From an uncultured Gammaproteobacteria bacterium (GTDB taxonomy: Bacteria; Pseudomonadota; Gammaproteobacteria; JAADHQ01), in assembly GCA_963807455.1 (NCBI GenBank), contig CAWECS010000014.1, positions 91,114 through 155,113 of the forward strand: a stretch of DNA of 64,000 bases. Direction: 5' to 3'. This document shows positions 21,095 to 33,112 of the stretch, piece by piece. The position numbers and the translations under genes were made by a program. The notes under the pieces were generated by a model that saw only the letters and a list, made by a program, of their open reading frames with translations, ran no database searches and was not told the origin of the DNA. The number at the start of each line of letters is the position of its first letter. Position 1 is the first letter of the stretch.

Positions 21095-22372
21095 TTAAAT
21101 ACGTCCATCGACTTCATCCTTGTCAAAAAGGTATTTGACATCGTAGATGATATGTTCAGGTTTGCATAGTTTACGGATTTTATTGATACCCATTTCCCTG
21201 AATTCATTATGTGCGACTGAAATAATTACCGCATCATATTTACCCTGTTCGAGTTCTGTTACTAGTTCAATGCCATGTTCCTGTCTGGCCTCAGTCGGAT
21301 CGACCCAAGGATCATAGATATCTATATTGGCATGAAATCCCTTAAGTTCATTGACCATGTCGATGACTCGAGTGTTGCGAAGATCAGGGCAATTTTCCTT
21401 GAAGCTAAAACCCAGTAGCAAGACATTGGAATCGACAACATGAATTTTTCTTTGAGTCATTAGTTTAGTGACCTGGATAATAATATATTCACCCATCTGG
21501 TCATTAATGCGTCTTCCCGCGAGAATTAATTCAGGATGATACCCTGTTTCCTGTGCTTTGTGAGTCAGGTAATACGGGTCAACACCGATACAATGTCCAC
21601 CTACCAGACCAGGCCGAAAGGGCAGAAAATTCCATTTAGTCCCCGCCGCTTCAAGTACTTCAAGTGTATCTATCCCAAGCTTATTGAAAATCACAGCCAA
21701 CTCATTGACCAGGGCAATATTCAGATCGCGCTGGGTGTTCTCAATGACCTTGGATGCTTCAGCCACCCGTATAGTGCTGGCCTTGTGGGTTCCGGCTGTA
21801 ATGATGCTTTTATATAATGCATCGACCAGGTCGGCGGCTTCGGGTGTGGAGCCAGATGTCACTTTCATGATGTTGCTGACACGATGTTCCTTATCACCCG
21901 GGTTGATGCGCTCGGGGCTGTAACCAAGAAAAAAATCTTCATTAATTTTCAAACCGGAGCCCGATTCAATATAGGGAGCGCAAATTTCTTCTGTCGTCCC
22001 GGGGTAAACAGTAGATTCATAGATAACGATGTCTCCTGTTGAAACCACCTTGGCAAGACTCTGGCTGGCCTGTATCAAAGGCGTCAATATGGGTTGTTTG
22101 TGCCTGTCAATAGGGGTCGGTACCGTGACAATATAGATATTGCAGTCTTTCAGATCATCAAGTGCAGCAGTGTAAACGAGATGCGTTGCACTGGTGAGTA
22201 AATCCGGCTCGACTTCCAGCGTGCTGTCACTACCCGCTTGAAGCTCCATGATGCGTTGCTCATTAATATCAAAACCGGTTGTCGAATATTTCTTTCCGAA
22301 CTCAACGGCCAGAGGCAGGCCAACATAACCCAGGCCGATGATCCCGATTTTGACTTGATCCAACGTCATCAT
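21095..22372 (-). CDS. UDP-N-acetylhexosamine C6 dehydrogenase (TviB/WbpO family)
   Basis: [44 protein letters not shown]. Confidence 0.9.
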   Translation of the reverse strand: MMTLDQVKIGIIGLGYVGLPLAVEFGKKYSTTGFDINEQRIMELQAGSDSTLEVEPDLLTSATHLVYTAALDDLKDCNIYIVTVPTPIDRHKQPILTPLIQASQSLAKVVSTGDIVIYESTVYPGTTEEICAPYIESGSGLKINEDFFLGYSPERINPGDKEHRVSNIMKVTSGSTPEAADLVDALYKSIITAGTHKASTIRVAEASKVIENTQRDLNIALVNELAVIFNKLGIDTLEVLEAAGTKWNFLPFRPGLVGGHCIGVDPYYLTHKAQETGYHPELILAGRRINDQMGEYIIIQVTKLMTQRKIHVVDSNVLLLGFSFKENCPDLRNTRVIDMVNELKGFHANIDIYDPWVDPTEARQEHGIELVTELEQGKYDAVIISVAHNEFREMGINKIRKLCKPEHIIYDVKYLFDKDEVDGRI

Positions 22373-22471
22373 ATATTAAATGCCTGTTAGTTTAATGGGT
22401 TTAATTCAACCGAAGGGATGAAGTAGCTAATTTAAAATATCATACCCGAATCAGAGGATTATTGTCCTTCA

Positions 22472-23465
22472 CTATTTTGATTGCTGGTAAAGTTTCTTTT
22501 CCCAATCCAGCGATGTTTTGACAATAAATTCAAGATCATCATGTTTTGGTGTCCAGCCCAATACTTCGCGAATTTTTTCGGCCTTGGCAATCAACGCTGG
22601 TGGGTCGCCCGCGCGACGGTGCTTCTTCGATAATGTTCAATGGAGCCTGATTGACTTTCTCAACCATATCCAGAACCTCACGGACACTGTAACCATGTCC
22701 ATAGCCACAATTCAATGTGGTTGATTTACCGCCCTTACGCAAGTAATCAAGGGCCTTCAAATGAGCGCTGGCAAGATCTTCCACATGAATATAGTCTCTG
22801 ACACCGGTACCGTCAGCAGTGGGGTAATCAGTACCAAAAATGTAGACCTTGTCACGTTTACCCGCAGCAGCCTCACAGGCGACTTTAATGAGTAGCGTTG
22901 CCTTTTCTGTGGATTGTCCGATTTTCCCCTGTGGGTCTGAGCCAGCTACATTAAAATAGCGTAATGCCACATGGGTCAAATCTGTGGCTGCGGATAAATC
23001 ACGTAACATCCATTCTGTCATTAGTTTGGAGGTGCCGTAGGCGTTAATTGGATTGATCGGACTGTCTTCGTCACAAGAATCCGTGTCTGGAATGCCATAC
23101 ACTGCTGCTGTCGAAGAGAAAATAAAATGCTTGATGCCGGCATCCCTGCAGCACTCCATTAAATTGCGACTGTTGCAGGTATTGTTGCCATAGTACTTGA
23201 GGGGATTCTCTACTGACTCGGGCACGATAGTGTGGGCGGCAAAATGGATCACTGAATCGACATTATGTTCCTTGATGACCCGCCTGATCAGATCCTGATC
23301 ACCCATATTGCCTTCAATAAGATCTCCGTAAAGCACTGAATCTGAAAAACCGGTGCTCAGATTATCGACAATCACAACACGTTCGCCGGCCTCTCCCAGT
23401 TGGCGGACAACGTGACTGCCAATATAACCAGCACCACCAGTGACGAGTATCGAATTTTTTGACAT
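22472..23465 (-). CDS. galE: UDP-glucose 4-epimerase (apparent frameshift near 22619)
   Basis: GGAGYIGSH, YGTSK, LRYFNVAG, GTGVRDYIHVEDLA; normal C-terminus RRAGDPPALIAKAEKIREVLGW...KLYQQSK-stop is in another frame, ending at 22472. Confidence 0.92.
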
Positions 23466-23661
23466 TATTTATCCCCTGAGTTGATTATTGATCATTCTGA
23501 TTTAGCGATTATAGCTAAAAGCTGAGCCGATAAAAACGGTTTAGGCGCAAACAGGGAATTAGTTTTGCCGGGTTCAGGACAAAACATCGTCCCAGGTCAC
23601 AAATGTATGAAAATTAGTGTATTATAAGTAGTAATATGAGCTTAGTATTTGTTGCAATATA

Positions 23662-24534
23662 ATGGAAATAAATGCGGAAAAGTTAATCGCCCTTGATTTT
23701 CTGTCACCAGGCATGCGCGCCTGGTTATCACAGAAATTACCACTGTTGTTGATGGTTGTACTGGTTATTATACTAGCCTATCAAATAGCCGGCATGAGCT
23801 GGTCTTTGCTCGAGCGAATACTAGTTGATGAGCCTCAGCTTAGTCCACAAGCAAATAGCGCTGCCCAGTCTGGTCGGCAACAAAAATCAGTCGACAATAG
23901 CTACATGAATCTGGCCAATATTCACCTGTTTGGCAAGCAGGATGTCACCCAGGCTGTCGATAAAGCACCGGTAACCGCACCTGAAACTCGTCTGAACCTG
24001 GTGTTGTTCGGTGTCTTCACTGATGAAAATAGCAAAAAAGGCTCGGCCATTATCGGGCAAAAAACCGGTAATCAAAAATTTTATACTGTCGGAGAAAAAG
24101 TCGATAATGGTGTCTGGCTCGCTGAGGTAAGGAAAGACCATGTTTTGTTAAAAAGGGGTGCCAATTACGAGGTGCTGAAATTTCCTAAAGTGGTGAGTGC
24201 CGGTGTCAATATAAAAAATACAAGAGCACCTGTATCTAGTCGAGCTCTGAGTCCGGAAAAGCAGACATTTATGGATAATGTCAAAATTATTCCTGTGTTC
24301 ACGGGTAAAGATAGAACACTGAAAGGCTACAGGATCCTGCCAAAGAAAAACCGGGCTGTTTATAACCGTCTTGGGATACGACCGACAGATATCGTCACTG
24401 CCATTAATGGCATAGCTTTGAGTGACCAGCGTGAGGCGATGAAAGTAATTGCTGAACTGGTTAAATCTGATCAGGTGGAAGTGCAACTCGACAGAAATGG
24501 AAAAATCGAAAACAAGACCTTGACCCTGAAGTAG
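23662..24534 (+). CDS. gspC: Type II secretion protein C (with PDZ)
   Basis: N-terminal TM, HLFG, APETRLNLVLFGV HR domain, C-terminal PDZ (GYRI, DIVTAING). Confidence 0.9.
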   Translation: MEINAEKLIALDFLSPGMRAWLSQKLPLLLMVVLVIILAYQIAGMSWSLLERILVDEPQLSPQANSAAQSGRQQKSVDNSYMNLANIHLFGKQDVTQAVDKAPVTAPETRLNLVLFGVFTDENSKKGSAIIGQKTGNQKFYTVGEKVDNGVWLAEVRKDHVLLKRGANYEVLKFPKVVSAGVNIKNTRAPVSSRALSPEKQTFMDNVKIIPVFTGKDRTLKGYRILPKKNRAVYNRLGIRPTDIVTAINGIALSDQREAMKVIAELVKSDQVEVQLDRNGKIENKTLTLK

Positions 24535-24542
24535 GGTGGTAG

Positions 24543-25532
24543 CTACTGGCTACTTTTGATGATGTTCTGTATACCTTTAATGCTTCTTATCCACGTCCCC
24601 TTGTAACCACGCTCGGTTAACACTTTCAGTTTATTTTTGGCCTGACCATAGCTGCTGAAGCTGCCATGGATAACAGAATACCATAATTGTCCTTTGGTCT
24701 TCGACTTGAAAAAATAAACGCCATCCAGAGGAACACTATTCGCAAACTTATCAGCTCTGCGGTAATTTGTACTACTGGCCAGTTGAATTGTAAAGTGATT
24801 GGAGGGTTGCTTTAATATCCATTTAGTACTTTTTTTCTCATGAGGCAACATGGGGATATCTGTTACTTCAGGGTCATTCGGTGTGATATAGCTGACAGTG
24901 GTCTCGGCTTCGGGCTCGGCTATTGGTGGTGATTGTTCATATGGCAGAACTTGTTCAGGTGGCATAAGTTCATCGCTACTCACCCTTGCGTTTGTTTCTT
25001 TGGCTAGGTTTTCACTAGTCAGATTTTCACTGGCAACAGGCGCTGCGCTAACGGTAACAGGCGGCTTTGACGTGCGCAGGTCTATTAGTCCATCCGGTTT
25101 TTTTTCACCGACGATTTCATTTGCTTGTTGCAGTTTATTCTCTGTTGCAGGGCTGCTGCCAGGCTGGTGTTGTTTAAGTAAAGTATCAATCGTCGCCATT
25201 GCTTCAATTGCATTCTGATGGCCTTGCTGCGCCGACAGTTTAAACCAGTACATTGCCTGTTTCAGGTTCTTGGGCAGACCTTTACCATAGTAGTGCATAT
25301 ATCCTATTGAGTATTGGGCTTCCGCATTACCATTTTCAGCCAGGGTCTCGAATAATGTTGATGCTGTTTTATAATCGCCGGATAAAAATGCGGCCTTGGC
25401 TTTATTGTAAATAAGTTGATTGAAACTTTCAGGCTCGGGAGACTCTTTGGGCGGTGTTGTGGAGCAGGCAGACAATGACATTATTATCGCCGAAATCAGA
25501 AGTCGGGTGAAAACTTGCATTGGTTTTTCCAT
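24543..25532 (-). CDS. Sel1-repeat/SPOR-domain lipoprotein
   Basis: Lipobox LSAC, Sel1 repeat AENGNAEAQYSIGYMHYYGKG, Pro/Glu-rich linker, DamX-like SPOR FTIQLAS...WYSVIHGSF...WIR. Confidence 0.8.
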   Translation of the reverse strand: MEKPMQVFTRLLISAIIMSLSACSTTPPKESPEPESFNQLIYNKAKAAFLSGDYKTASTLFETLAENGNAEAQYSIGYMHYYGKGLPKNLKQAMYWFKLSAQQGHQNAIEAMATIDTLLKQHQPGSSPATENKLQQANEIVGEKKPDGLIDLRTSKPPVTVSAAPVASENLTSENLAKETNARVSSDELMPPEQVLPYEQSPPIAEPEAETTVSYITPNDPEVTDIPMLPHEKKSTKWILKQPSNHFTIQLASSTNYRRADKFANSVPLDGVYFFKSKTKGQLWYSVIHGSFSSYGQAKNKLKVLTERGYKGTWIRSIKGIQNIIKSSQ

Positions 25533-25560
25533 TATATCGAACCTAGTCTATAGCTGCATG

Positions 25561-26775
25561 TTAACTCACCAGTTGATTCAAGTCGAATATGGGTAGCAAG
25601 GTTGCCAGCACAATAAACAGCACTATCGCCCCCATCAACAAGATCATGATAGGGCCGAGAAGACCCAGAGTCGTTGACATGATGGCTTCTATCTCACGTT
25701 CCTGTATGTCGGCCGCGCGTGCCAGCATATCTTCCAGTTTGCCGCTGGATTCACCGCTGGCGATGAGGCTGACAGTCATTGGTGGAAAATAACCGGACTG
25801 TTCCATAGACTGGTGAATGTTAGCACCTTCCTTGACTTTTTCTGTGATCCCTTCAATAGCTTTGCGCATAGGTAAGTTAGTCACTACTTGCCCCGATATA
25901 CGCAGGGCCTCCAGTATTTGCACGTTACTCGAACTCAGGATGCTGAGTGTGCGTGCAAAACGTGCACTGTTACTGCCGCGTATCAGACGACCGGCAAAGG
26001 GCATTTTCAATAATAGTTTATGCCAGGCCAGCTTGGCAGCCGGTTTTTTCAGGGCAGATTTTGTTATGATAACAGCCGCAATTATTGCAATTAATAAATA
26101 CAGGCCATTACTTTTAAGAAATTCGCTCATGGCAATGAGAATCTGGGTCGAGGTGGGTAAATCCTGCGCCACGTTTTCAAATACCTGAACAATCTGAGGC
26201 ACGACAAAAGTAAGCAAGCCAATGACAATAAGAATAGAAATGAATACCAGCATGACCGGGTAAAAAAGTGCCATCATGGTTTTTTGTTTCATCTGTTGTC
26301 TGGCTTCGGTGTAATCGGCGAGCCGGTCGAGGACATTATCGAGATGGCCTGATTCTTCTCCCGCTTCCACGGTCTTGCGATACAACTCCGGGAACACGGA
26401 TGGAAATTCAGACAAGCCGGCACTCAGACTGTGTCCTTCCCTGACGGTTGAACGAATGGACAAAAGCACGCGCTTGACCTTGTTCTTTTCACTTTGCGCG
26501 GCGACTGATCGCAAGCATTCTTCGATGGGCATGCCTGCTCTCAACAGGGTGGAAATTTGTCGGGTCAGCAGCGCCAGATCCATCACGCTGAGATGCTGCT
26601 GGAACAGGCCGCCGCCGGAGGTTTTTTTCTGCTGCTGTTTGATTTCCTCGACAGACAGCGGTGTCAGCCCCATCTCCCGCAATTGCTGTCTTATTTGTCG
26701 AGCAGTATCGCCTTCGATAACACCCTTGCGATTTTTACCGTCTTGCCCCAGGGCCTTGTATTCAAATGCACTCAT
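25561..26775 (-). CDS. gspF: Type II secretion inner membrane protein F
   Basis: MSAFEYKAL, TRQISTLLRAGMP, AGEESGHLD, LLPIFDLNQLV. Confidence 0.96.
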   Translation of the reverse strand: MSAFEYKALGQDGKNRKGVIEGDTARQIRQQLREMGLTPLSVEEIKQQQKKTSGGGLFQQHLSVMDLALLTRQISTLLRAGMPIEECLRSVAAQSEKNKVKRVLLSIRSTVREGHSLSAGLSEFPSVFPELYRKTVEAGEESGHLDNVLDRLADYTEARQQMKQKTMMALFYPVMLVFISILIVIGLLTFVVPQIVQVFENVAQDLPTSTQILIAMSEFLKSNGLYLLIAIIAAVIITKSALKKPAAKLAWHKLLLKMPFAGRLIRGSNSARFARTLSILSSSNVQILEALRISGQVVTNLPMRKAIEGITEKVKEGANIHQSMEQSGYFPPMTVSLIASGESSGKLEDMLARAADIQEREIEAIMSTTLGLLGPIMILLMGAIVLFIVLATLLPIFDLNQLVS

Positions 26776-26876
26776 TTCAGACGATGCTTGACGGGGCAGG
26801 GGGGTGTAATAAAGTCATGTTTTGATCTAGTGATTCCATATTCTTTAAAGTTTAATTATCCAGTTGTCATGTCAGG

Positions 26877-28403
26877 CTAGTCTTCCTGGGTGACGCGCAA
26901 CACTTCTTCAATACTGGTATCACCTTTCAATATTCTGCGTACACCATCCTGGCGGATGCCAGTTGTCTTGCTTCTGGCATGGGTCAGCATGGCCATTTCA
27001 TCAGCGCCATCATGGATCAGAGCCCGCATACGATCATCTATTTCAATCAGCTCGTAGATACCTGTACGGCCCTGATAGCCCAGGTTCAGGCAGTGCTCGC
27101 AACCATCTTGACGGGCACGATAAATAATATGTTTTTCATTTTTGCTCATGTCCAGTATTTCGCAATCTTTCTCGTTAGCCACTGTTTCTTCACGACAATG
27201 CGGGCAAAGTTTTCGCACCAGTCTTTGCGCCAGAATGCCTACCAGACTCGAGGCGAGCAGAAAAGGTTCAACACCCATATCACGAAGCCGTGTTACCGCG
27301 CCAATGGCGGTATTGGTATGCAAGGTGGATAAAACCATATGACCGGTCAAGCTCGCCTGAACCGCAATCTGGGCCGTTTCAAGGTCGCGAATTTCACCTA
27401 TCATGACAACATCTGGATCCTGTCGTAGTATGGCGCGAAGACCGCGAGCAAAAGTCATGTCGACCTTGGGATTGACCTGCGTTTGTCCGACACCCTCAAG
27501 GTTATATTCTATCGGATCTTCGACAGTGACAATATTACGGGTTCTGTTATTCAACTTGGTGAGGGCTGCATAAAGCGTGGTGGTTTTACCAGAGCCGGTG
27601 GGCCCGGTCACCAGGATAATTCCATGTGGCTTATGGATGATTTTGTTCAGATCGAGCGCCGCTTGTGTGGCCATGCCAAGGCTTTCCAGGTCCATGCGCC
27701 CGGCCTGCTTATCAAGCAAACGTAGTACCACGCGTTCGCCATGATTGGACGGCAATGTGGATACACGCACATCGACAGCGCGATTACTGATTTTCAGCGA
27801 GATGCGTCCGTCCTGTGGTAATCGTTTCTCGGCAATATCGAGATGAGCCATAACCTTGATGCGCGATACCAGCAGCGGAGCAGCGGCTCTGGGCGGTTGC
27901 AGGATTTCTCGTAAAATGCCATCGACCCGAAAACGCACAATGGTATTATATTCGTAAGGCTCAATATGAATATCAGAGGCACCTTCCTTAAGGGCCTCGG
28001 TTAATAATGCATTAATCAGGCGGATAATCGGTGCATCATCCTGTGTATCGAGTAAGTCTTCAGGTTCACCCAGTCCCATGGCGACATGTTGTAGATCCAT
28101 GTCTTCACTGATATCACCCATGACCTGCATCGCCTGGCTTGATCCGGCCTCATACATTTCAGAGACCTTGACTTCAAAGTCCTCAATATTTATTTTTTGC
28201 AGGCTAAGACTGCAGTTCAGGTGGCGTTTTAATTCTGAGAAAATGCTAAGCTTGCAACCCGGTTTGTATAATACATCAGCAACACCATTTTCAATTTGGG
28301 TGACCAGTACACCGTGTTTGCGAATGAAGTTATACGGCAAAATATGGGAGCCAGCTTCTTCCTCTTCTTCAATACCTAAAGGTGATTCTTGAATCTCGGG
28401 CAT
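26877..28403 (-). CDS. gspE: Type II secretion ATPase E
   Basis: ASDIHIEP, GPTGSGKTTTLY, LRQDPDVVMIGEIRD, CPHC...CEHC. Confidence 0.97.
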   Translation of the reverse strand: MPEIQESPLGIEEEEEAGSHILPYNFIRKHGVLVTQIENGVADVLYKPGCKLSIFSELKRHLNCSLSLQKINIEDFEVKVSEMYEAGSSQAMQVMGDISEDMDLQHVAMGLGEPEDLLDTQDDAPIIRLINALLTEALKEGASDIHIEPYEYNTIVRFRVDGILREILQPPRAAAPLLVSRIKVMAHLDIAEKRLPQDGRISLKISNRAVDVRVSTLPSNHGERVVLRLLDKQAGRMDLESLGMATQAALDLNKIIHKPHGIILVTGPTGSGKTTTLYAALTKLNNRTRNIVTVEDPIEYNLEGVGQTQVNPKVDMTFARGLRAILRQDPDVVMIGEIRDLETAQIAVQASLTGHMVLSTLHTNTAIGAVTRLRDMGVEPFLLASSLVGILAQRLVRKLCPHCREETVANEKDCEILDMSKNEKHIIYRARQDGCEHCLNLGYQGRTGIYELIEIDDRMRALIHDGADEMAMLTHARSKTTGIRQDGVRRILKGDTSIEEVLRVTQED

Positions 28404-28408
28404 ATCAA

Positions 28409-30394
28409 TTACTCATCGGCGGGAGGCTGATTGCTTGTAGTATCTGTATTTTGTTTAAATGGAGGGGGTATAGAGGGTAACTGTTCTGGCAGTAACGGTA
28501 TCTCGGAATCATCCATTAGATAAACGCCTTTTTCTATCTGTTCCAGTTGTTTGTTTCGTATCATTGTAGTATTTACCCTCAGTGACACGCATGTTCGTGG
28601 CTGCATCACGCAGTATTACCGGACGCAGAAAAACCATTAGATTACTTTTAGTCTTTAAGGTTGTGTCAGAGCTGAACAGGCGTCCAAGCAACGGAATATC
28701 GCCAAGAAGGGGAACAGATTGATGGGATTGCGTTATCTTGTCGTCTATCAGTCCGCCCAGCACGATAGTATGTCCATCTTCGACCATGACGGTGGTTTTG
28801 ATTGAGCGCTTGCTGGTGGTCAGGTCACTGGCGCCGGCGCTACTGGGTATAACGTCACTGATCTCCTGCTCGATATCCAGCTTGATGGCATCGCCTTCAT
28901 TGATTTGCGGAGTGACCCTGAGGGTTAGACCAATGTCCTGACGTTCTATGGTGCGGAAGGGGTTGACCGCGCCTGCAGTGCCGCCGGTACTGCTGAATTC
29001 ACCGGTGACAAAGGGGACATTCTTACCGACGACGATCTCCGCTTCCTGGTTATCCAATGTTACCAGGCTCGGGGTTGACAGGATATTAGATTTGGAATCG
29101 CCGGACAGGGCGTTGATGATAGCAGCAAAGTTGATAGTCGAACTGTCAAATCGGCCAAAACCGATCGTAGCCCCGGTACCCAGGGAAGGCGGATTGCCCG
29201 CTACGATGTCGGTGGCTATACCGCCTATGCTACCGAAGTTAATTACACCGACGGCACCTTTGCCGCTGGGGCTGCCATCAATGGCCCATTGCACACCCAG
29301 TTCCCTGTGATTTATCCAGTGTTACCTCGGCAATGATGGCTTCCACCAGTACCTGGGCACGACGGATGTCCAATCGGCTAATGACGCGTTGCAAGGATCG
29401 GAAAATGTCCGGCGGCGCGGTAATCACCAGCGCATTGGCGCTTTCATCAGCCTGTATGCTGACATTGGCACCCAGGCTCGGTGTACCCGGTTTGGCTTTC
29501 TGATCTTTCAGGGATTTGCTGACGCCGGTCAGCACGGTCACCAGATCTTTGGCCTTGGCATAATGCAGATAAATAACACGTGTGCCGCCATCAGACTCCA
29601 AAGGTGTGTCAAGATGACTGATCAGCACTCGATACCTCAAGCGCTCACTGGCTTCACCACTGAGTAAAACGCTGTTGGTGCGTTCGTCTGCAGCGAAAGT
29701 AACCTGGGTGGCGACGTTGGCTTTCTTTTTTGACGACAGGCCATTCAAGTACCCTGACAATTTCGCTGGCCGACGCATGGCTCAGCCTGACGATTTCAAT
29801 TTTGCTGTCACTGACCTGGTCGATCTTGGCAACAATCTTGGCCATCCTGGCGACATTATCGGCGCGGTCAGTAATGATCAAAACATTCTTCGATGGGTAG
29901 GCAGCCAGATGCCCTTGTTGAGGGATCAGCGGCCTGAGGATCGGAACCAGTTGAGCGGCGGTAACATTCTTGACGCGCAGGATGCGGGTTACCACCTGGT
30001 CTCCTCGAATGGATTCTAAGCCTCGGATGGTGGGCACACTACCCTGTTTGGCTTTGCTGTCGGGAACAATCTTGGTGATATCACCCACCGGCACTGTCGC
30101 AAAGCCATGCACTTCCAATATCGACAGGAAGATAGGGTAGATCTCGTCTTTGGAAAGCGGGCTGGCCGAGACCACGGTGACTTTGCCTTTAACCCGTGGA
30201 TCGATAACAAAATTCTTGCCAGTCAATTTTGACACTGTGCTGATCAGGGTGGAAATATCAGCATTTTTGAGATTGAGCGTGACTTCATTCTCGGCACTGA
30301 CGACGACAGGCAGGCCCAGGCTCAGCAACAGGATTAATCCCTTGATACACTTCCGTGACCAGCGCTGAAATGATATATATTCCATATAAAACAT
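28409..30394 (-). CDS. gspD: Type II secretion secretin D (three apparent frameshifts near 29748, 29304, 28569)
   Basis: N0 LNLKNADI...GKNFVIDPRVKGKV, RRAQVLVEAII, secretin NILSTPSLVTLDNQEA and VPLLGDIPLLGRLF in four overlapping ORFs. Confidence 0.92.
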
Positions 30395-30652
30395 AAAGTT
30401 ATGATTAATTATTAATGTCCGTTATTGTTTGATGAATTTTCATCTTGTTTTTTGCCGCCATTCCATGTTTTCGGGTTCATAGCTGGAAACTTAATAGCAA
30501 ACAAAATATATTTACTTCATGAGCTTAGCAAAAAAACCTTATTCAGTACATAAGATACTGAAACTACCATTCTACTTTGTGCAAGGCAATAAGTATAAGA
30601 CTTAGTTAATATTTCAATTATTCTCGGATAAATTTGACGATCTCAAGCTGAA

Positions 30653-31402
30653 TCAATAAACGCCTTCATACTGTATGGTCATGGAGCCATCCGAATGGAG
30701 TTTACCGGCGTTTTTGAGCATGGAAATAATAAAATTATCGGCTTTAACGGTTGGGCTGAACAAAGCTTTGAAACTGAATTTATGTCCGGGATTCAGTCGT
30801 AACAGGCCATCTATGCCAATGGGTGCCTGTTGATCCTTGATCTCCACTGTAATCTCGCCTGGGCGGGTGTCGAGATTCATTTTTATATTCCCTAGTTCGG
30901 TTTGCACCGGTTGCTGTAGAAATCCCTGTGCAAGCAGTATTTTGCCCTGAGCTTCCTGTAGTTCCTTGTCTATGTACGATAGAGACTTCATATCAATTGA
31001 CAAGTTCCCTGATAGTTGAATAAAAGCTAGCATCGGTATCTGGTTAAGCAACGCAGCAGGCAGCTTGCCGGTTAATTCCTGTGCTTCAATATCGCCATTA
31101 AAGGCAAGATTAATGTCACCCTTGAGTGGATATTCAACATCCTTGATATCAACATTCAAGGCCATTTCACCCAGCAGTAAAGTCAACGGGTTTAATGTCC
31201 AATGCACATTTTGAAAAGTCTGCCCCAACATCTTGATACTGCCGGCCTGACCAGACCACGCAGAGCCGCTCAGTTGGCGCATTTGCACTCCCTGTTTTTC
31301 AAGTCCTGCTAGTTGGTAGACAATGCTGGCGGGTAGTTTGACCATCATAAAAAGCAGAAAACATAACAGGCCAATAGAGAGCAAAAGAATACGGTTTTTC
31401 AT
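30653..31402 (-). CDS. gspN: Type II secretion protein N
   Basis: N-terminal TM, LPAS, GSAWSG motif; follows gspM. Confidence 0.85.
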   Translation of the reverse strand: MKNRILLLSIGLLCFLLFMMVKLPASIVYQLAGLEKQGVQMRQLSGSAWSGQAGSIKMLGQTFQNVHWTLNPLTLLLGEMALNVDIKDVEYPLKGDINLAFNGDIEAQELTGKLPAALLNQIPMLAFIQLSGNLSIDMKSLSYIDKELQEAQGKILLAQGFLQQPVQTELGNIKMNLDTRPGEITVEIKDQQAPIGIDGLLRLNPGHKFSFKALFSPTVKADNFIISMLKNAGKLHSDGSMTIQYEGVY

Positions 31403-31888
31403 TTTATGCCTTTTATCAGCTCAAGCCTGGCATTGACGGTTCCGGGCGTATCCTGGCGATCGATATTGATACTGTTGATATGGATTTGATGCTCGTTGGC
31501 AAGCTTTCCCAGCCACGAAATCAGTGAGTCAAAACCGGTATTTTCAAACCAGATTTGTACCTTGTTATTACCCTGGGGTTCCAGTCTTTTCATGGTTCGT
31601 CCCAGCCCTGAGCGCTTGATGGTTGAGTCCACTATCGACAACAAGGGGCCAGTATTGGAGCCGGCCTTGCCTGCTGACAATCCTTGTAAGCTGGCAATCT
31701 CATTACCTGCGTTTTGTACCCATGTCAGTTGTTTGCGTTGCGCCATCGACCCGGGTATGTTTTTGTGCATAACCCTCGGTGATAGGTGACCAGATCAGCA
31801 GGTAGATCAAGGACAGAGAAATAACCGCAGCCAGGACCAGAATAATCAGCCTTTCATTAGGTTCTTTGGAGTAATACCAGGCTTTCAT
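31399..31888 (-). CDS. gspM: Type II secretion protein M (apparent frameshift near 31743)
   Basis: W...PNERLII + TM in one ORF; FDSLISWL...GTVNARLEL in the overlapping ORF. Confidence 0.85.
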
Positions 31889-33112
31889 TAGCTGCTCTCC
31901 TGAATGCGTAGTCGTGCAGATACCGCCTTGCCCTGTACAGCAGCCGAGCGAATATCCACTGTCAGGCCGGACTGGCTGACCGCTTGCTTGAGTTTTTCCA
32001 GCGCCTGCAGATCATTAATAGCCAGCTCGATATCCACCTGGCCATTGCGAAAGTTCACCCCCGTCAGATCTGATAGAACGCTCAGCCTGCATGGCTTTTG
32101 AAAACTTGGACATGATTTGTAAAAATTTCGCCCCACCGCCCTGGCTGCCGGATTTCAAGGTACTGAGACGTTGTTGCATCTGGTTTCTCGGATCGCGCAT
32201 ATTTTTAACATCTGGCAAGGCTTTTTTAAAAATCTGGGTAATTTGTTGTTGTAATTGTTCGGATTCATTGCTCAGGGATATATAGCTAACAATACCGCTG
32301 ACCGCCTGAATAACAACAACAATCGCCAACATGGCCGCAGCCGGGTACCATTTTTTATAGGATTGACTGGCGACTTTCCTGGCAGTATAGGCGCCTTGCA
32401 GCAGATTAATGCCGCCACCATCCTGATAGTTTTTCACCAACAACTCGAGCAGACTGGCAGGGGGAGATGAACGCGTGATATCCATGCTGCTATCATCCAT
32501 ATTTTCCAGCATTGGCTGGCGATCGTCTGCGCGCGCATCGATAATGTTCAATGCTTCCGGGGCCTGTTCGCCAGCTTCTTCAATCGCCATTTCAACATAA
32601 GCTTCAAGGCTGTCGGTATCAACACTGAAAGCGCTGAACTCTCCGGTTTGCACGCTGGATTCCTGTTCTTCTATGACAATGTTCCACTGGCCTTGCTGAC
32701 ATGGCAGCACAATAGATTCTGCCATAATGACCTGCGGGTGGAGCCGATACTCTGCCAGATTGGCGATAATATTATCGAGCCTGGTGCGGGCAATGGCGCA
32801 GACCGGAATGGCTTCTGCGGGCAGGCGCGCGGGGATGGCAAAGTGAAACTGGCTGACATCGCCGATCAGATCATCTTCCATAGAATAGGGGATGGCCTGC
32901 AGGATTTTCTGCCGGTTGCGAATGGGAATATTTTGCATCGCCAGGTGCACATCACTGGCGGGAATAAACACCACCAGCTTTTTGCCGCGACAGGCATTGG
33001 CAATCTCATCCAGAGACGAGTCTGTCTGTGATAGCACGATGGACTGACCATCAGCCAGATACATGTCCAGCGAATCATCCTTGTGAATCCTGATAAATAC
33101 GGTACTAGCCAT
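31888..33112 (-). CDS. gspL: Type II secretion protein L (apparent frameshift near 32069)
   Basis: AIPYSMEDDL, INLLQGAY, TM, QIFKKALP; periplasmic C-terminus in ORF 31888-32136. Confidence 0.88.

Noticed and set aside
23526-23533. GCCGATAA sigma28 -10 box upstream of gspC
   Set aside because: No TAAA-like -35 at 15-bp spacing.
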